From contig JAADVB010000080.1 in NCBI GenBank assembly GCA_023334545.1, positions 1-64,000 of the forward strand: a DNA stretch of 64,000 nucleotides, read 5' to 3'. A program made the translations under genes and the position numbers. Within the stretch, counting starts at the first letter, position 1; each line of letters opens with the position of its first letter. Source of the stretch: Salisapilia sapeloensis CBS 127946. Lineage: Eukaryota; Protista; Oomycota. Positions 10,128 through 21,299 of this stretch are shown piece by piece. The notes under the pieces were generated by a model. That model was given only the letters and a program-made list of their open reading frames with translations, was not told the origin of the DNA and searched no databases.

Positions 10128-11672
10128 ATGGCGGACGACGAGTATGGACTCCAGGGTCTAGCCGATCTCCCGCTGCTGGAGCAAGTGCATCGACTCTTTA
10201 ATGCTATTCAACAGCGGTATCCGTACAAAGAAACAGAAGCATGGAAGACGCTGCCAGCAGATCAGAAGCGTAAAATGCTCGACTACATCCGCCGAAAGCG
10301 ACAGGAACAGACAGTGACGCATATTGCTCCATCCACACAGTCAGCAAATGAACAGGATCAGGACAATATCGCGAAGCCAGAGACGAATGTCCAGAAGGCT
10401 GATCCGTACTTGGATATGCTGCGTCGACGTAAAGAGCAGATGAAGAGCTCGGACACTGACAGATCTACAGCTGATCGATGGAAGATGGTGGATGAGGAGT
10501 TTAGTTCCGTCTTGTGCACATGTGGTAAGAAGCATGCTACTTGGATGCAGCAACCTGTGCCGAAAGGAAGCGGGAAATCGAAGGCGACAGTCCTCCGTAT
10601 CATTGGCTACATGATGACAACCTTCGGAGACGCGAAAAGGCCATGCAAAGACGCTGTCCAGAAAGTTTATGCTCTAGGTAGTCTATCCAATAACCATATC
10701 TGCAACGCCGTACTGACTAGACTTGTAGTCGGAGACAAAATTCGCCAAACGCTCGCGCCGTGTTTGGAAGACGACGCTCCTTCTCCATCCCTCCGAGTAA
10801 GCTACTTTAATCGAAGACAAATGACGTTGGCAGATACTGAGTGTAGTGACGTGTGCAGGAACTAGTGGACATCTTTCAGGAAGAAGCAGCGTATTACGGT
10901 CGCTGGCGAGAGTTCCGCAGCGAGACAAAGCAGAATGAGGAGGAAGAGAACGAGGAGGACGTGGAAGAGGAACAACTAGCAGAAGAACTGGATTTGTTTG
11001 CCGTCGCAGAGGAAGAAGCAGTCTTCAACGCTACCTTCTTTGTAAGCATCCCCACCATTCCGCCTTTAGAAACTTGTGTCCTAATACTTCCTTCGCCTGA
11101 ACACAGGAGCGCATTCGTTTCGCAGACCAACGTACGGCACAGATGGACTGGTCGCTCTACGATGACTTTGCCAAAGGGCGAAAGCATAATTTTTTAGGTG
11201 GCAAGGGGGAGGTGCTGAAAGAGTGGATAGGCCTCCCACCACTTAGCAAAGCATCTCTTGAATTCATCAACTTTGTCGCCTACCACAAGTATGTATCTCT
11301 AGCGCATCAGCACTTATAACAAAGAACTTAAAGACTATGATAGCATCGGATGCTTGGTGGAGGCGGCCATTAAACACAAGTGCAATGGTGAACTCCAGGC
11401 CTTGACTTCTCCCCTTCTAGTGGCTGATATCGAGTACGATTGCTTTCAAATGACTATCCTGTACTCTTTTTTTAAGTTAGTACAATTCGTCTTGTAGAGC
11501 TATAAGCGATACGATCATGGAGAAGAGTGAAGAGTCGCAGCAGGTAGAGGAGACTAATAGCCAGCCAAAACGAGCAAGGGAAGAAAGCAGCGAGACTGTG
11601 AACGAAGCAGAGGACAAGGCAGAAACAGGAAAGAAACAGCCCCGACTCATGCGACTCAAGCGACTTCGCTAA
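10128..11672 (+). CDS. SPT3: SAGA histone-fold subunit Spt3 (SUPT3H-like), 6 exons, 415 aa
   Basis: Exons 10128-10677, 10729-10796, 10859-11041, 11107-11288, 11344-11433 and 11498-11672 are phase-consistent (1248 nt). Motifs IGYMMTTFGDAKRP, ERIRFADQRTAQMDWSLYDDFAKGRKHNF and FINFVAYHNIGCLVEAAI resemble the two Spt3 histone-fold halves. Confidence 0.7.
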
Positions 11673-11700
11673 AGTGCAACGTGACGAGTCTTTGTAAACT

Positions 11701-12394
11701 TTATACATAATTTCTCTCTTTCTGTACTCGTAGCTCCTCTGTCGTAAGTTTTTGATAAAGTCGGAACTCGGGCGGCAAGTCCGATTCCTCTCGCAATGCA
11801 TCAGCAAAGTATATGCGTCGGACTCGACAATTGGCATGCAGCTGCACACTAAGTGTGCACATGTACCTCGTGCTGTATGCCTGCATTGTGAGCTGCTCGA
11901 GGTCTAACTGCAACTGATTCCAACCATCAGCTTCCTCAAGTGCCAATGGCAACAAAGTCATCTCCCCATGAATCTCAGTCTGCTTCTGAAAAGTGGAGCA
12001 TCGATAGCGACGAATTTGATCTCGACTATCTTTTATAGCTACTTCCAAAGACAAGTCTCCAAGCGGTCGTAGCTGAAAGACTACATATCGGAGACGCAAG
12101 TCAAGCGATGGGGTAGCACCTAGATTGGCAAGCGGAGGAGAACTCAACCAGGTATCGGATATATTCTCGGACGTCAGTGCAATCACTGACGATTGCACTT
12201 TATCGTCTAAAACACGACGTATGCTCGTTCCATCAACCTCCTCGTGCTTATTCCAGAGCTGCAACGGCTTATTCCTGGTCATAGATAGCATATTGCGTAA
12301 GTTTGCTATCTCCAAGACAATTTATTCAGATATTTTACTACCCGACACTGTAGAGCAATGAGATGAGTCCACTCTGGTACGTCTTGGCGAACAT
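11701..12394 (-). CDS. CFAP20/Bug22-family protein (divergent paralog), 2 exons, 208 aa
   Basis: Exon 12394-12342 (MFAKTYQSGLISLLYSVG) joins exon 12274-11701 (NKPLQLW...DGWNQLQLDL...QLHANCRVRRIYFAD...LPPEFRLY). It is collinear with CFAP20 but has many substitutions. Confidence 0.85.
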
Positions 12395-13643
12395 ACCACT
12401 TTGCTGGACTGCTTCCATCGTCGGTACAAGGTCGTGTTTGACTCGTTGCCAGAATTGTGCCTACAAGTATATGTCTGCTTTTACATATTACTGACGGTAT
12501 GATGATGTATTTTACCTAGGATGCCACGATCCAAGCCGGATGATTTCGCTCTGTAGTTGAGTGCTTCGCAGCAAGAATAGAAATACAGACCTGCATGATA
12601 CGGCCCAGATCGTGCTCATGGAGGAGACTTTACCAAATATGTAAACGGTATGTTTATAAAGATATGCACCATACCTTCTTGTTGCGGAACTATGGCCGGA
12701 CAAGTGTAATCAGATATATCCAGAAACTTCAACAAATGGTTTAGAAGATACTTTTGACATCGGCCTCCATGACTAGAAGCAATTAGTACGACTGTACTCA
12801 CTCGAGCAAACACCAGTCGGTCCTTAAGGAATCAAGGGTACTTCTATCGATCCACAAATTCTCGGTAGACTTATGAAATTTTACAGCAGCTACTTGCAAA
12901 CGACATCTATCGCTTCGGAAACTCATCCTATGGATGTAGCAGGGAAGCTTAAAGGGGAACAAACACTAACATAGCTTATCAATGAAGCTTCCATACAGGT
13001 CATTGTTTTTAATTGGTGCCCAACACATGAAAAATATTCCCTACATCACATGCGATCAATTCAAACGCAACGAGTTTCTAGCTGTCAGTCAACGTACCGA
13101 CAAGATCAGTGTACTACCAATCCAGGAACATCATTAGCATTATGTTTATGCTCTTTGTCAGCTTCATATACGGGTACGTGCCATGTTATTGATCTATATT
13201 ATTTATTTTAAAGGTCCTGATCTGATGATAACTTGGGCGAGAACAAGTTGAAAGGGTACTCTAGATAACTATCGATGATCATGGAGCAGGCAAAGTTTAC
13301 TTAGACAACATCTCTAAGCTTCAAAACATCATAAATACTACTGCCTCTAGTCGAGACAATAAAACAGCAACAAGGGTACGTATTCACTGATCAAGACTGC
13401 TTGTCCACTCCGCTATAAACACATCTCTGCTGAGTCTGATTAAGTTTTTGAAAGCGAATAGTGTCTATAAAGTAGTTTGCAACTATTCCCTGAGATATAG
13501 TTGTTTAATAGCAGTTGATAAATCTTTGCTAAAAAGTGATAAAGCTTTGACAGGATCTGGTAAGTTTCTATTCTAACACTGCGAATAGCCGTCGGATTTG
13601 GTCTCAAAACGGTGGACGATCGAAATCAATTTTATTCTAGTGC

Positions 13644-15183
13644 TTACAGCGCCTTGGGTACTGCTTTGATAGCCTTTTTGGCAAAGTTGAGCGAGTGCAT
13701 CGACCACAAAGTGGACGTCATGAGCACAATTGCCCCGCTCTGGTGCGCAACGGCGAGTGGCACCGGGACGCAGTGCAAAAGAGCGGAAATACCGAGCAGT
13801 ACTTGTCCTCCGGCCGTTAGCATGTTCAAATTCAGAGCTCTTCTCGCCTGATCCGGGAGTTGGCTCCACACGTGTGGACGTCTGGCCAGAGCATACATAC
13901 CCGTGATGCCACCAAGTGTCGTTAACGCCAAAACGCGATGGTCTAGCTGCACGAGCGGAACGTTTTCGAAAAAGTTGCGATAGGTGGGCGACAAGGCAAA
14001 TAGGTCGTCGGGGATCCACTGGTCACCCATCTTGGGGAAAGTGTTGAATGCAAAGCCAGCATCGGTTCCAGCCACAAAGGCTCCAGACAGAATGGTGTAG
14101 CCCAGAATGGTGGACGTGTGAGCAAGTCCCTTGCGGATGCCAGTAACATTCTTGAGCACGTTCGGAGACATCATCTCACGCGTCAGAAGGGCTCTCGAAG
14201 GAGGCGACAGGATCTGGAAGCCTGTCCACAGGAGCATGCCTAGAGTCGTGAAGGCGAAACCAAGCTACAGACGAGGATGAAATCAGCACATGTGCATCGG
14301 GGATGTGGAGGTAGACAACGTACATGAGTGGCGAGACGGTAGGGACTGACGCGGACTTCGTTCTTGGTTTCAAGTTGCGTTTTGCCGTGGTCTTCAAGTC
14401 CACTGCGCACCATCCACCAGCCGATGCCGCCTTGAGCAGCACCGAGACCAAGGAGGATACCAAAGCGACGGTGTAGCTCCACTGGGAGTTTGCGTCGAAT
14501 ACCAAAGTAGAGCAGAGGAAGACCGTATGCCATGCCAACGACACGACCGAGCATTCGGTGACCATACTCCCATGCGAAGATGCCTTTGAACTCGGATAAC
14601 GTCTAGTCAATCGAGCATTTAGTACGAAGGTCGTTCGTATGAGACTGCACTGCCTATTACCATGTTTTGGCGCTGCTGGTACTCTGGGAACTGCTTGTAC
14701 TTTTCAAACTCGGCCTCCCACTCCTCCTTGGACATGGGCGGCAAGCTTCCCTGCGGCTTCCACTCGACCATCGATAGACCTGATCGAGTGATGCGCGTGG
14801 CGCCTCCAACGACGATCATGCCACCAACGAGTCCAGCGCAGCCGAACAGCCAGTAGGCGACAGACTTGTTCGCGGCCACATTCTCAATAGTGGCTTTCGG
14901 CTTTGTCGATGCCTGCATGTACACCCATTAGCCATCGGTATATTGCAATGCAGTTTATTCATGGACTACCGTGCGTTTCGTGGAGTAGACAAAGGATAGA
15001 CGGTTGGACGGTGGTTGGGCTTTTCCAGCTCCATGCCAAGTCTTGGGCAGAGCGTTCGACCGGAGTACAGGCGCCGTTTGGCTCTTCTACATTGCACGCA
15101 CCATCAGCATTGTGCAAAGGGGTCAATTCATACTAGCTTACAAGCGTAGCAGCGCGTGTAGCTCGACGAGTAACAGCCAGCAT
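13644..15183 (-). CDS. COX15: Heme A synthase (cytochrome c oxidase assembly protein COX15), multi-exon
   Basis: Presequence MLAVTRRATRAATL at 15183. Motifs VVGGATRITRSGLSMVEWKP, QGGIGWWMVRSGL, RVSPYRLATH, GAFVAGTDAGFAFNTFPKMG, VQLDHR and AHQSGA. Confidence 0.95.
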
Positions 15184-15424
15184 CGTCGGAATCAAGTGAG
15201 GGTATCAAGTGTGCGGCGACCAGTGTCAATTACAAAGACATGCATATCAATATCATTTCTAGCCACGAATCAGACTCCTGTATCAAACATAGTCATTTTT
15301 CTACCACCATTCTAACATACCAAGCCATCACTCTAACAAAAGAAAAGACAATCGAAGCACCAACTTGTTTTTCTTTTTTCAATGCACCTTTCTCCGCGAC
15401 TCTTCTTCCCGTCTCACATCTTGC

Positions 15425-18400
15425 TTAGGTGATGACGGTGGGCTCGGTGCGGCCCGTCGCGCTGGGTAAATCCGACAGCTTCAGTCCGACGCCAATGAGC
15501 TTCGCAAGCGCATCCGCAGTCACCTGCTGCAAGTCTCCGCTCGGAGGCTCGAACTTCTCAATGTACATACGAATGGTTGCACCAGCGACACCGGTGCCAC
15601 TGAGACGGAAGATGATTCGAGAGCCGTCCTCGAATAGGTACCGGATGCCCTGGTGGCTAGCAATGCTGTTGTCAACTGGGTCGTGGTACTCGAACTCATC
15701 CGCGTTCGCCATGACGTAGCCGTCGTGCTCAGTGCCCTTGACGTTGCTGAACTGGTCAATCATGTTGGCCATCATAGCCTCGGCAGCAGCCTTATCGACG
15801 TTCTCGTAGTCGTAGCGGCAGTAGTAGTTGCGTCCGAACTGGCGCCAGTGGTCGCGAACGACGTCCTCGACCGTGACCAGCGGGCATCCGTCCGCCTGCT
15901 TGGCAGCCAGAATGTTGAGCCACGCGAGCACAGCCCACATGCCGTCCTTTTCACGGACGTGGTTGGAGCCTGTGCCGAAGCTCTCTTCTCCGCAGATGAA
16001 GGGCGTGTAGTCCTCCTTGCCGTACACTTCACCAGAGTCCATCAGGTTGCCAAAGAACTTCCAGCCCGTCGGCACCTCGAAGAATGGCACACCGAGCTTC
16101 TTCGCCACGAGGTCGACGGCACCAGACGTCGGCATGGAGCGAGCGACACCATGGAGACCCTTGTTCTGGAAGAAGGGAATCAGGTGTGCATTCGCAGCGA
16201 TGATAGCGAGCGAGTCCGACGGAGTCACGAAGAAACGCGAGCCGAGGATCATGTTACGATCGGCGTCTCCGTCCCACGCGCAGCCGAACGAAGGCGGCTC
16301 CTGGTCTTGGCCAGTGACAGGCAGACCCTTGCGGTCGACACCCATGACCTTAATCAGCTCGTGAGCGTACGTCAAGTTCGGGTCGGCGTGGCCACCCTTG
16401 AAGTCCTCCAGTGGCTGAGCATTCAACAGGACAGACTCCGGGGCACCGAGCTCCTCGACGAACACGCGGCGGGCGTACGGTCCCTGCACGCCGGACATGG
16501 CATCCGTGACAAGCGAAAAGTCCTCACGCTGCATAAGCTTCTTGATGGCGTCAAAGTCAAAGATCTTCTTCAAGAGCTCCACGTGGTCTTCAGACGAGTC
16601 GAAGACCTCGAGCACGACCGTGCGGCTGCCATCGTCCGAGGCCACAGCACGCTTGCCGACCTTGCTGATGTCGATATCCGGGAAGTCGGACGCGATCTTG
16701 AAGTTGGAGATGACGCGCGAGTTGTTGTAGATTTCGTTCGTCACCTTCTCGGGGGCCGGACCACCGTTCTCACAGTTGTACTTGATGCCAAAGTCCTCAT
16801 CCGGTCCACCAGGGTTGTGCGACGCACTCAAGATGAAGGCGCCAAAAGCAACGCTGCCGCCTTCGCGGTTGCGGATGACGGCAGACACGGCAGGCGTACT
16901 CAACAGACCATCCTTACCAATCCACAGACGGTCAACGCCAGCAGCAACTGCCATCTTAATGATGATCTGAATGGCCTCGCTGTTAAAGTAACGGCCATCA
17001 CCGGAGACAACAAGCGTACCGCCCATCAGGTCGCGCGAAGGCAAGGCGTCAAAGACCGACTGCACAAAGTTGTGTAGGTAGTGGCCTTCCATGAAGGTCT
17101 TGGTCTTCTTACGAAGTCCGGAGGTACCAGGCTTCTGGCCGTCGTACGGCGAAGTCTTCACCGTCGACGGCTTGAGCTTGCCGAGGCCCTTTTGCTCCGT
17201 CAAGTCCACCGTCGTGTCCTTGTAGGTGCCGGAGAGCACAGTCTTCTGCTCGTCGCTCTTGTTGACGACTTCGACCTTGCCTTCGAAGACAACACCAGGC
17301 GCAAAGCCCACGTCACCCGTGATCTTCAGGCGGTCACACTTGATCAAAGAGGGCACGTTGCCACGCAAGCTGGCTTCAAGCTGCTGCACGAGCTTGAACT
17401 TCTTCGAGTCGAGGCCGACAATCGGAGCCACACCCTCGCGCTCTGGAGCAAGCACGGGGCGGTAGTCTTCCGTGATGATGTACGCGTCCGAGCGGAGCAA
17501 GAGGAGATCATCACTCTTCTTCACAGGGGCGAAACGAGAGCGGGGGACGCAGACTGCGCCAGCACCGACAAAGCTCTCAATGGCAGCACCCATGGCCGTC
17601 TCAAGCTGGAACACAGGCGCAGAGGAACCATCCTTCGGGTCCACCGTCTTGGAGTTCTTGATCATCGGGAGCTTAATAACGCCACCCTGCTCCTTGAGCT
17701 GCTCCGCAAGCTTGTCCAAGCGGATCCACAAGTTGTTAGTGTTGAAGTAGCGGTGCTTGGAAATGTTCTGGAAGTGGGCTTCATCTTCGTCCTCGCACTG
17801 GGCAGCCTCACGAAGGATAAGGCGGCCGTCCGAGTTGCGGGTCGCCAAGTGGCCTCCCTTTTTGTCGTTCTCAGTTCGCTCACAGCATTCCATCAGGAAC
17901 GGCTTGCCAGACTAGACATAATAAATTAGTTTTCGATTCAAGTGCATGACGACATATATAAACGTACCTGAGCAAAGTAGGTGAGAAGGTCGAGGTCGAG
18001 GCTGGCACCGAGGTTGTCCGAGTTAGAGACAAACATGTACTTGACTCCCTGGGAGAGAAGAGTCTCAAGCTTGCCAGAGCCAGCAAGCGAAGGGTACACA
18101 TCTCCGTGACCAGGAGGGCACCACTCCTTGTCTGGGTTCTGCGGGTGCGTGGCAGGCTCGAGTGTCTTGGCGTCAACCTTGGGCACCTTGTTCTGCATAA
18201 GCTCCAAGGCTTCGTCTTCGACGAGCTCCGGGTACTTTTGGAGGTACTCCAAGGTGTCAGCACTTGTGCTAAAGGAGTTCATGAGCATGAAGCGAACGTT
18301 CTGGGCATGCTCACGACGAAGCTCGGTCACTTGACGCGCCATGATGTCGAGGAACGTGTCCTCTCCCTTAACGTTAAGGAGGGATTTGGCCTTGTCAAGG

Positions 18401-18666
18401 CCCATGCTGGTGCCGAGGCCACCGTTGAGCTTCAGCACGACCGTCTCCTTGAGTAGGCTAGGGTCAGCCGTGACGTTCTCGCGGACGCTGCCGCTCTTGC
18501 CCTCGAGGTAGGGAATGTCGTCGCAGGGGGTGATGGATCCCTCTTGGATCATGCCGCTCTCGCCACTGACGAGCGCGCTGTAGGACATTTCAAAGGCCTT
18601 GATGGCGGCCTCGCTAAGGCCGGCCTCTTCCATCTTGGCGCGGTAGGGTGCAAATCGATCCGCCAT
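15425..18666 (-). CDS. UGP-PGM: UDP-glucose pyrophosphorylase / phosphoglucomutase fusion, 2 exons, about 1061 aa
   Basis: Exons 18666-17968 and 17911-15425. UGP motifs LKLNGGLGTSMG, WCPPGHGD, SNSDNLGA and KKGGHL are followed in the same ORF by PGM motifs QKPGTSGLRKK, SASHNPGG, DGDADR and GEESFGTG. Confidence 0.96.
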
Positions 18667-18732
18667 ATTTCTCTCTCCTTCGTTGCAGGCTAGATGTGGG
18701 GTTTAGATCTTTTTCGATAATGAGGGAGCGAA

Positions 18733-18799
18733 AGAGAGAGAATGGCCATTCGGTCGTAAACGATTGGTCGAAGGTACTACATTTAAAGGTTTTGATTGG
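18733..18799 (-). promoter_or_regulatory. Putative core promoter of UGP-PGM: INR-like CCATTCTCTCTCT plus two CCAAT boxes
   Basis: CCATTCT at 18745-18739, about 70 nt before the ATG. CCAATC occurs at 18767-18762 and 18799-18794. These match known oomycete INR (YCAYTYY) and CCAAT elements. Confidence 0.45.
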
Positions 18800-18885
18800 A
18801 GGAAAATGTGATATCCAAGCAGCGTCGTCTCATCTGACACAAACTTCAATGTAGATCTTTTCGATCCGAATCGAAGGATGATACA

Positions 18886-21213
18886 CTAGGATTCATTGAG
18901 CCAACCTCGGACGCGAGCCCAGGTAGCTTCCTTATCTCGCTGCTTCTTTTGATCAAGCATTATTCTCTGCCATGCTTTGAATGCTCGATGTCGTTTCGAT
19001 CGGTCGAACCGTATGCGAAGTTTCGAAAGCGCGTGTCGTTCGCGTAGCTGGATATCAGCATACAAGTTTCTCCAGCGTTTCCATGATATTTTGAGCGCAC
19101 ATGCTTTATGCAGTCGAACGACTTTTGATTGAGCACTCAGCATCAATCCATGATGTAGAAACATCTTGCTAAAGACTTTGCGTCGTAAAACGTGGTGGAA
19201 ATGCATATCTGCTACCCGTAATTTCTGTCTATGTGCCTCCTGTTTTACTTGGTATCTCCAGTCTACATATTGCAACCAGCAAGTCCACATACGATGCATT
19301 AGACGAAGGCTGCTCCACTTTGCAGCGTGCTTGAAGACGCGCCTAGATAGCTTCCACTCATCCTGCCAAGGCAAGAAACCATAATAGTATAGCAATCGAC
19401 TCTGACTATGTTCTTTTGCCAATGCACACTGTCGAGCAAAATTCTCCTGTCTCTCTGCTCTCTCCTTTGCAGCCATTTGCTTCTGGCGCTTGCGCTCCAT
19501 CATCTTGGCCCGGTGCTGCAAATGCTCTTCGACTAGCCGAGACTCGCGATCCGCAACCTGCATCGCTAGACGCTCCCGTTTCTCCCGTTCAGCAATAGCA
19601 TATTTTTGGTTGAGGGCTTCTCGACGCTGCTGCCGCTCACTCGCGCGTTTCTGCATAGCCAAGTACAGTGAGCTCTTTGGCGGTGGATACGGCTTGTCAG
19701 GCTTCTTAGAGGCTTTTATAGGATAATCAGTTTTTGGTTTTGTGACTTTAGTCGGTTGAATAGGTATCACTGGCTCTGCTTCCGTCTCTGCTTCAGCACT
19801 TGTCGGTAAAAGCTTAGTCATCGTAGGTGGAAGCTCTGCTTTTGCCTCCTCTTGGACACCGTCACTGTATCTCTCATATGTGGTAGCCGCTTCTTGCTTA
19901 GTCGGACAAGTTAGTCGTTCTAACAGGCTTTTCGCTTTCTTCAGTCGTTCTTCTGCTGTAACGGTTGTAGATTTCCATACTTTGTTCGCCTCGACAAATG
20001 CATGCCAACCATCAAAACACCGCCGTACACTTCTTATCCAGTAATAGTGAGTAGCTTTCTGAAATTGCTGTTTCTCCTCGACCAATTTGCAACGCACTCT
20101 TTCCATCTTTCGCTCCCTCTTCCAATCCAACATCACCTGCGCCCACCCATCCCACACTTTTTGATACAGACACCAAGCGTGAAACTTGATCGCACTTGCC
20201 ATCTCTCGTTTTCCAATTTCCACTCTCCGTCTCCATGAGCCAAACACCAATCGCTTAAGCTTTCGAGTCAATCGAATTTCTTGTGCTTTCTGTTCAGATG
20301 ATATTATCCGCTGGTTGTCATCACGAAGGCGCTTAAGCATTTGATCAAGTCTCATTTCTTCACGTTTACTCGTCAAAGACTCCTCAGCAGGCAAAGACTT
20401 TTTCGTCATTTTCTTTTCTATGTCCGAGCTGGCGATCATATTTTTGCTTGGCTTTGCATCACTACGTTGCTTCACGGCGTTGGATACAGCGACTGGCTTG
20501 ATTGAGGCGGCATTTTTGGACTTAAACTTTTGATTCTTTCCCGCTTGAGTATTATTTGAATAGTTACTTTTGGAAATCTGGTTTGGTGGGACCACCTTGT
20601 TCGGTGCCTTGCTCTCGGCAAGCACTTGTCCACCTGACCTGTAAGTTTGTGTCTTTGGAACTGCCCACTGGATTTCTTTCTTGCTTCCCACCGTTTTAGC
20701 AGGACGGAATCGTTCAGAGCTTTGATTTGATCTTGATGGCCTCGGCCGTGCTACACCTTGATGCGATTTTGTTTTCAACTCTGACGTTCTTTTCGAGGGA
20801 TGAAGAACTGTAGCCGTGGATGGTTGACCTCTAGCTACATTTTGCTTGATAGCTTTTGCCTGCTTATCTACTTCGAATCGGGAGCGAACGATGTCGTGGG
20901 CTGCCTGGTACTGATTATCTTGTCGAGATTTCTCCCTTGCTCCGTCATTTTCTGGTAGTTTATATCTTGGCAAAAACGCATTGGGCTTGCCCATTAATTC
21001 TGATGCGCATGCTCGACCAATATCGAGCTCTGGCTGCTCATCTTTTTCCATAGTCGATGTTAAGGTAAACAGTTGAGAACCTCTTGTATTTTCCTCGTCC
21101 GTGTTGTTATTATTCGAGCGGTTTGACCGAAAGCGAAGCTGCCACACGGACGGCTTCTCAGGCGAAAATGACTCAAATGAAGCATATCTACGATCTGTCC
21201 GCCGAGCATGCAT
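18886..21213 (-). CDS. CCDC191-like coiled-coil protein with Sfi1-like (centrin-binding-type) repeats
   Basis: The ORF is open from 18886 to 21336, with a likely start at 21213 or downstream. It repeats Ax7(L)x3[FWL]x2W units (AIKFHAWCLYQKVWDGW, ATHYYWIRSVRRCFDGW, AKEHSQSRLLYYYGFLPW, AAKWSSLRLMHRMWTCW) around a long charged coiled coil. Confidence 0.6.
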   Translation of the reverse strand: MHARRTDRRYASFESFSPEKPSVWQLRFRSNRSNNNNTDEENTRGSQLFTLTSTMEKDEQPELDIGRACASELMGKPNAFLPRYKLPENDGAREKSRQDNQYQAAHDIVRSRFEVDKQAKAIKQNVARGQPSTATVLHPSKRTSELKTKSHQGVARPRPSRSNQSSERFRPAKTVGSKKEIQWAVPKTQTYRSGGQVLAESKAPNKVVPPNQISKSNYSNNTQAGKNQKFKSKNAASIKPVAVSNAVKQRSDAKPSKNMIASSDIEKKMTKKSLPAEESLTSKREEMRLDQMLKRLRDDNQRIISSEQKAQEIRLTRKLKRLVFGSWRRRVEIGKREMASAIKFHAWCLYQKVWDGWAQVMLDWKRERKMERVRCKLVEEKQQFQKATHYYWIRSVRRCFDGWHAFVEANKVWKSTTVTAEERLKKAKSLLERLTCPTKQEAATTYERYSDGVQEEAKAELPPTMTKLLPTSAEAETEAEPVIPIQPTKVTKPKTDYPIKASKKPDKPYPPPKSSLYLAMQKRASERQQRREALNQKYAIAEREKRERLAMQVADRESRLVEEHLQHRAKMMERKRQKQMAAKERAERQENFARQCALAKEHSQSRLLYYYGFLPWQDEWKLSRRVFKHAAKWSSLRLMHRMWTCWLQYVDWRYQVKQEAHRQKLRVADMHFHHVLRRKVFSKMFLHHGLMLSAQSKVVRLHKACALKISWKRWRNLYADIQLRERHALSKLRIRFDRSKRHRAFKAWQRIMLDQKKQRDKEATWARVRGWLNES

Positions 21214-21299
21214 GGCGTCGTAAATCAATACACAAGAGAAACTTAGAGGACTAAAATAGAAATCAAAAAGTATGAACTTTAGCACTTGTACCATTGGAA

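Noticed and set aside
15653-17929. Long plus-strand ORFs (474 aa and 282 aa) antisense to UGP-PGM
   Set aside because: They are mirror ORFs expected from strong codon bias in a highly expressed gene (few TTA/CTA/TCA codons) and have no domain-like content. The same applies to the antisense ORFs over NCAPD3, AFG2, the kinase and IML1.
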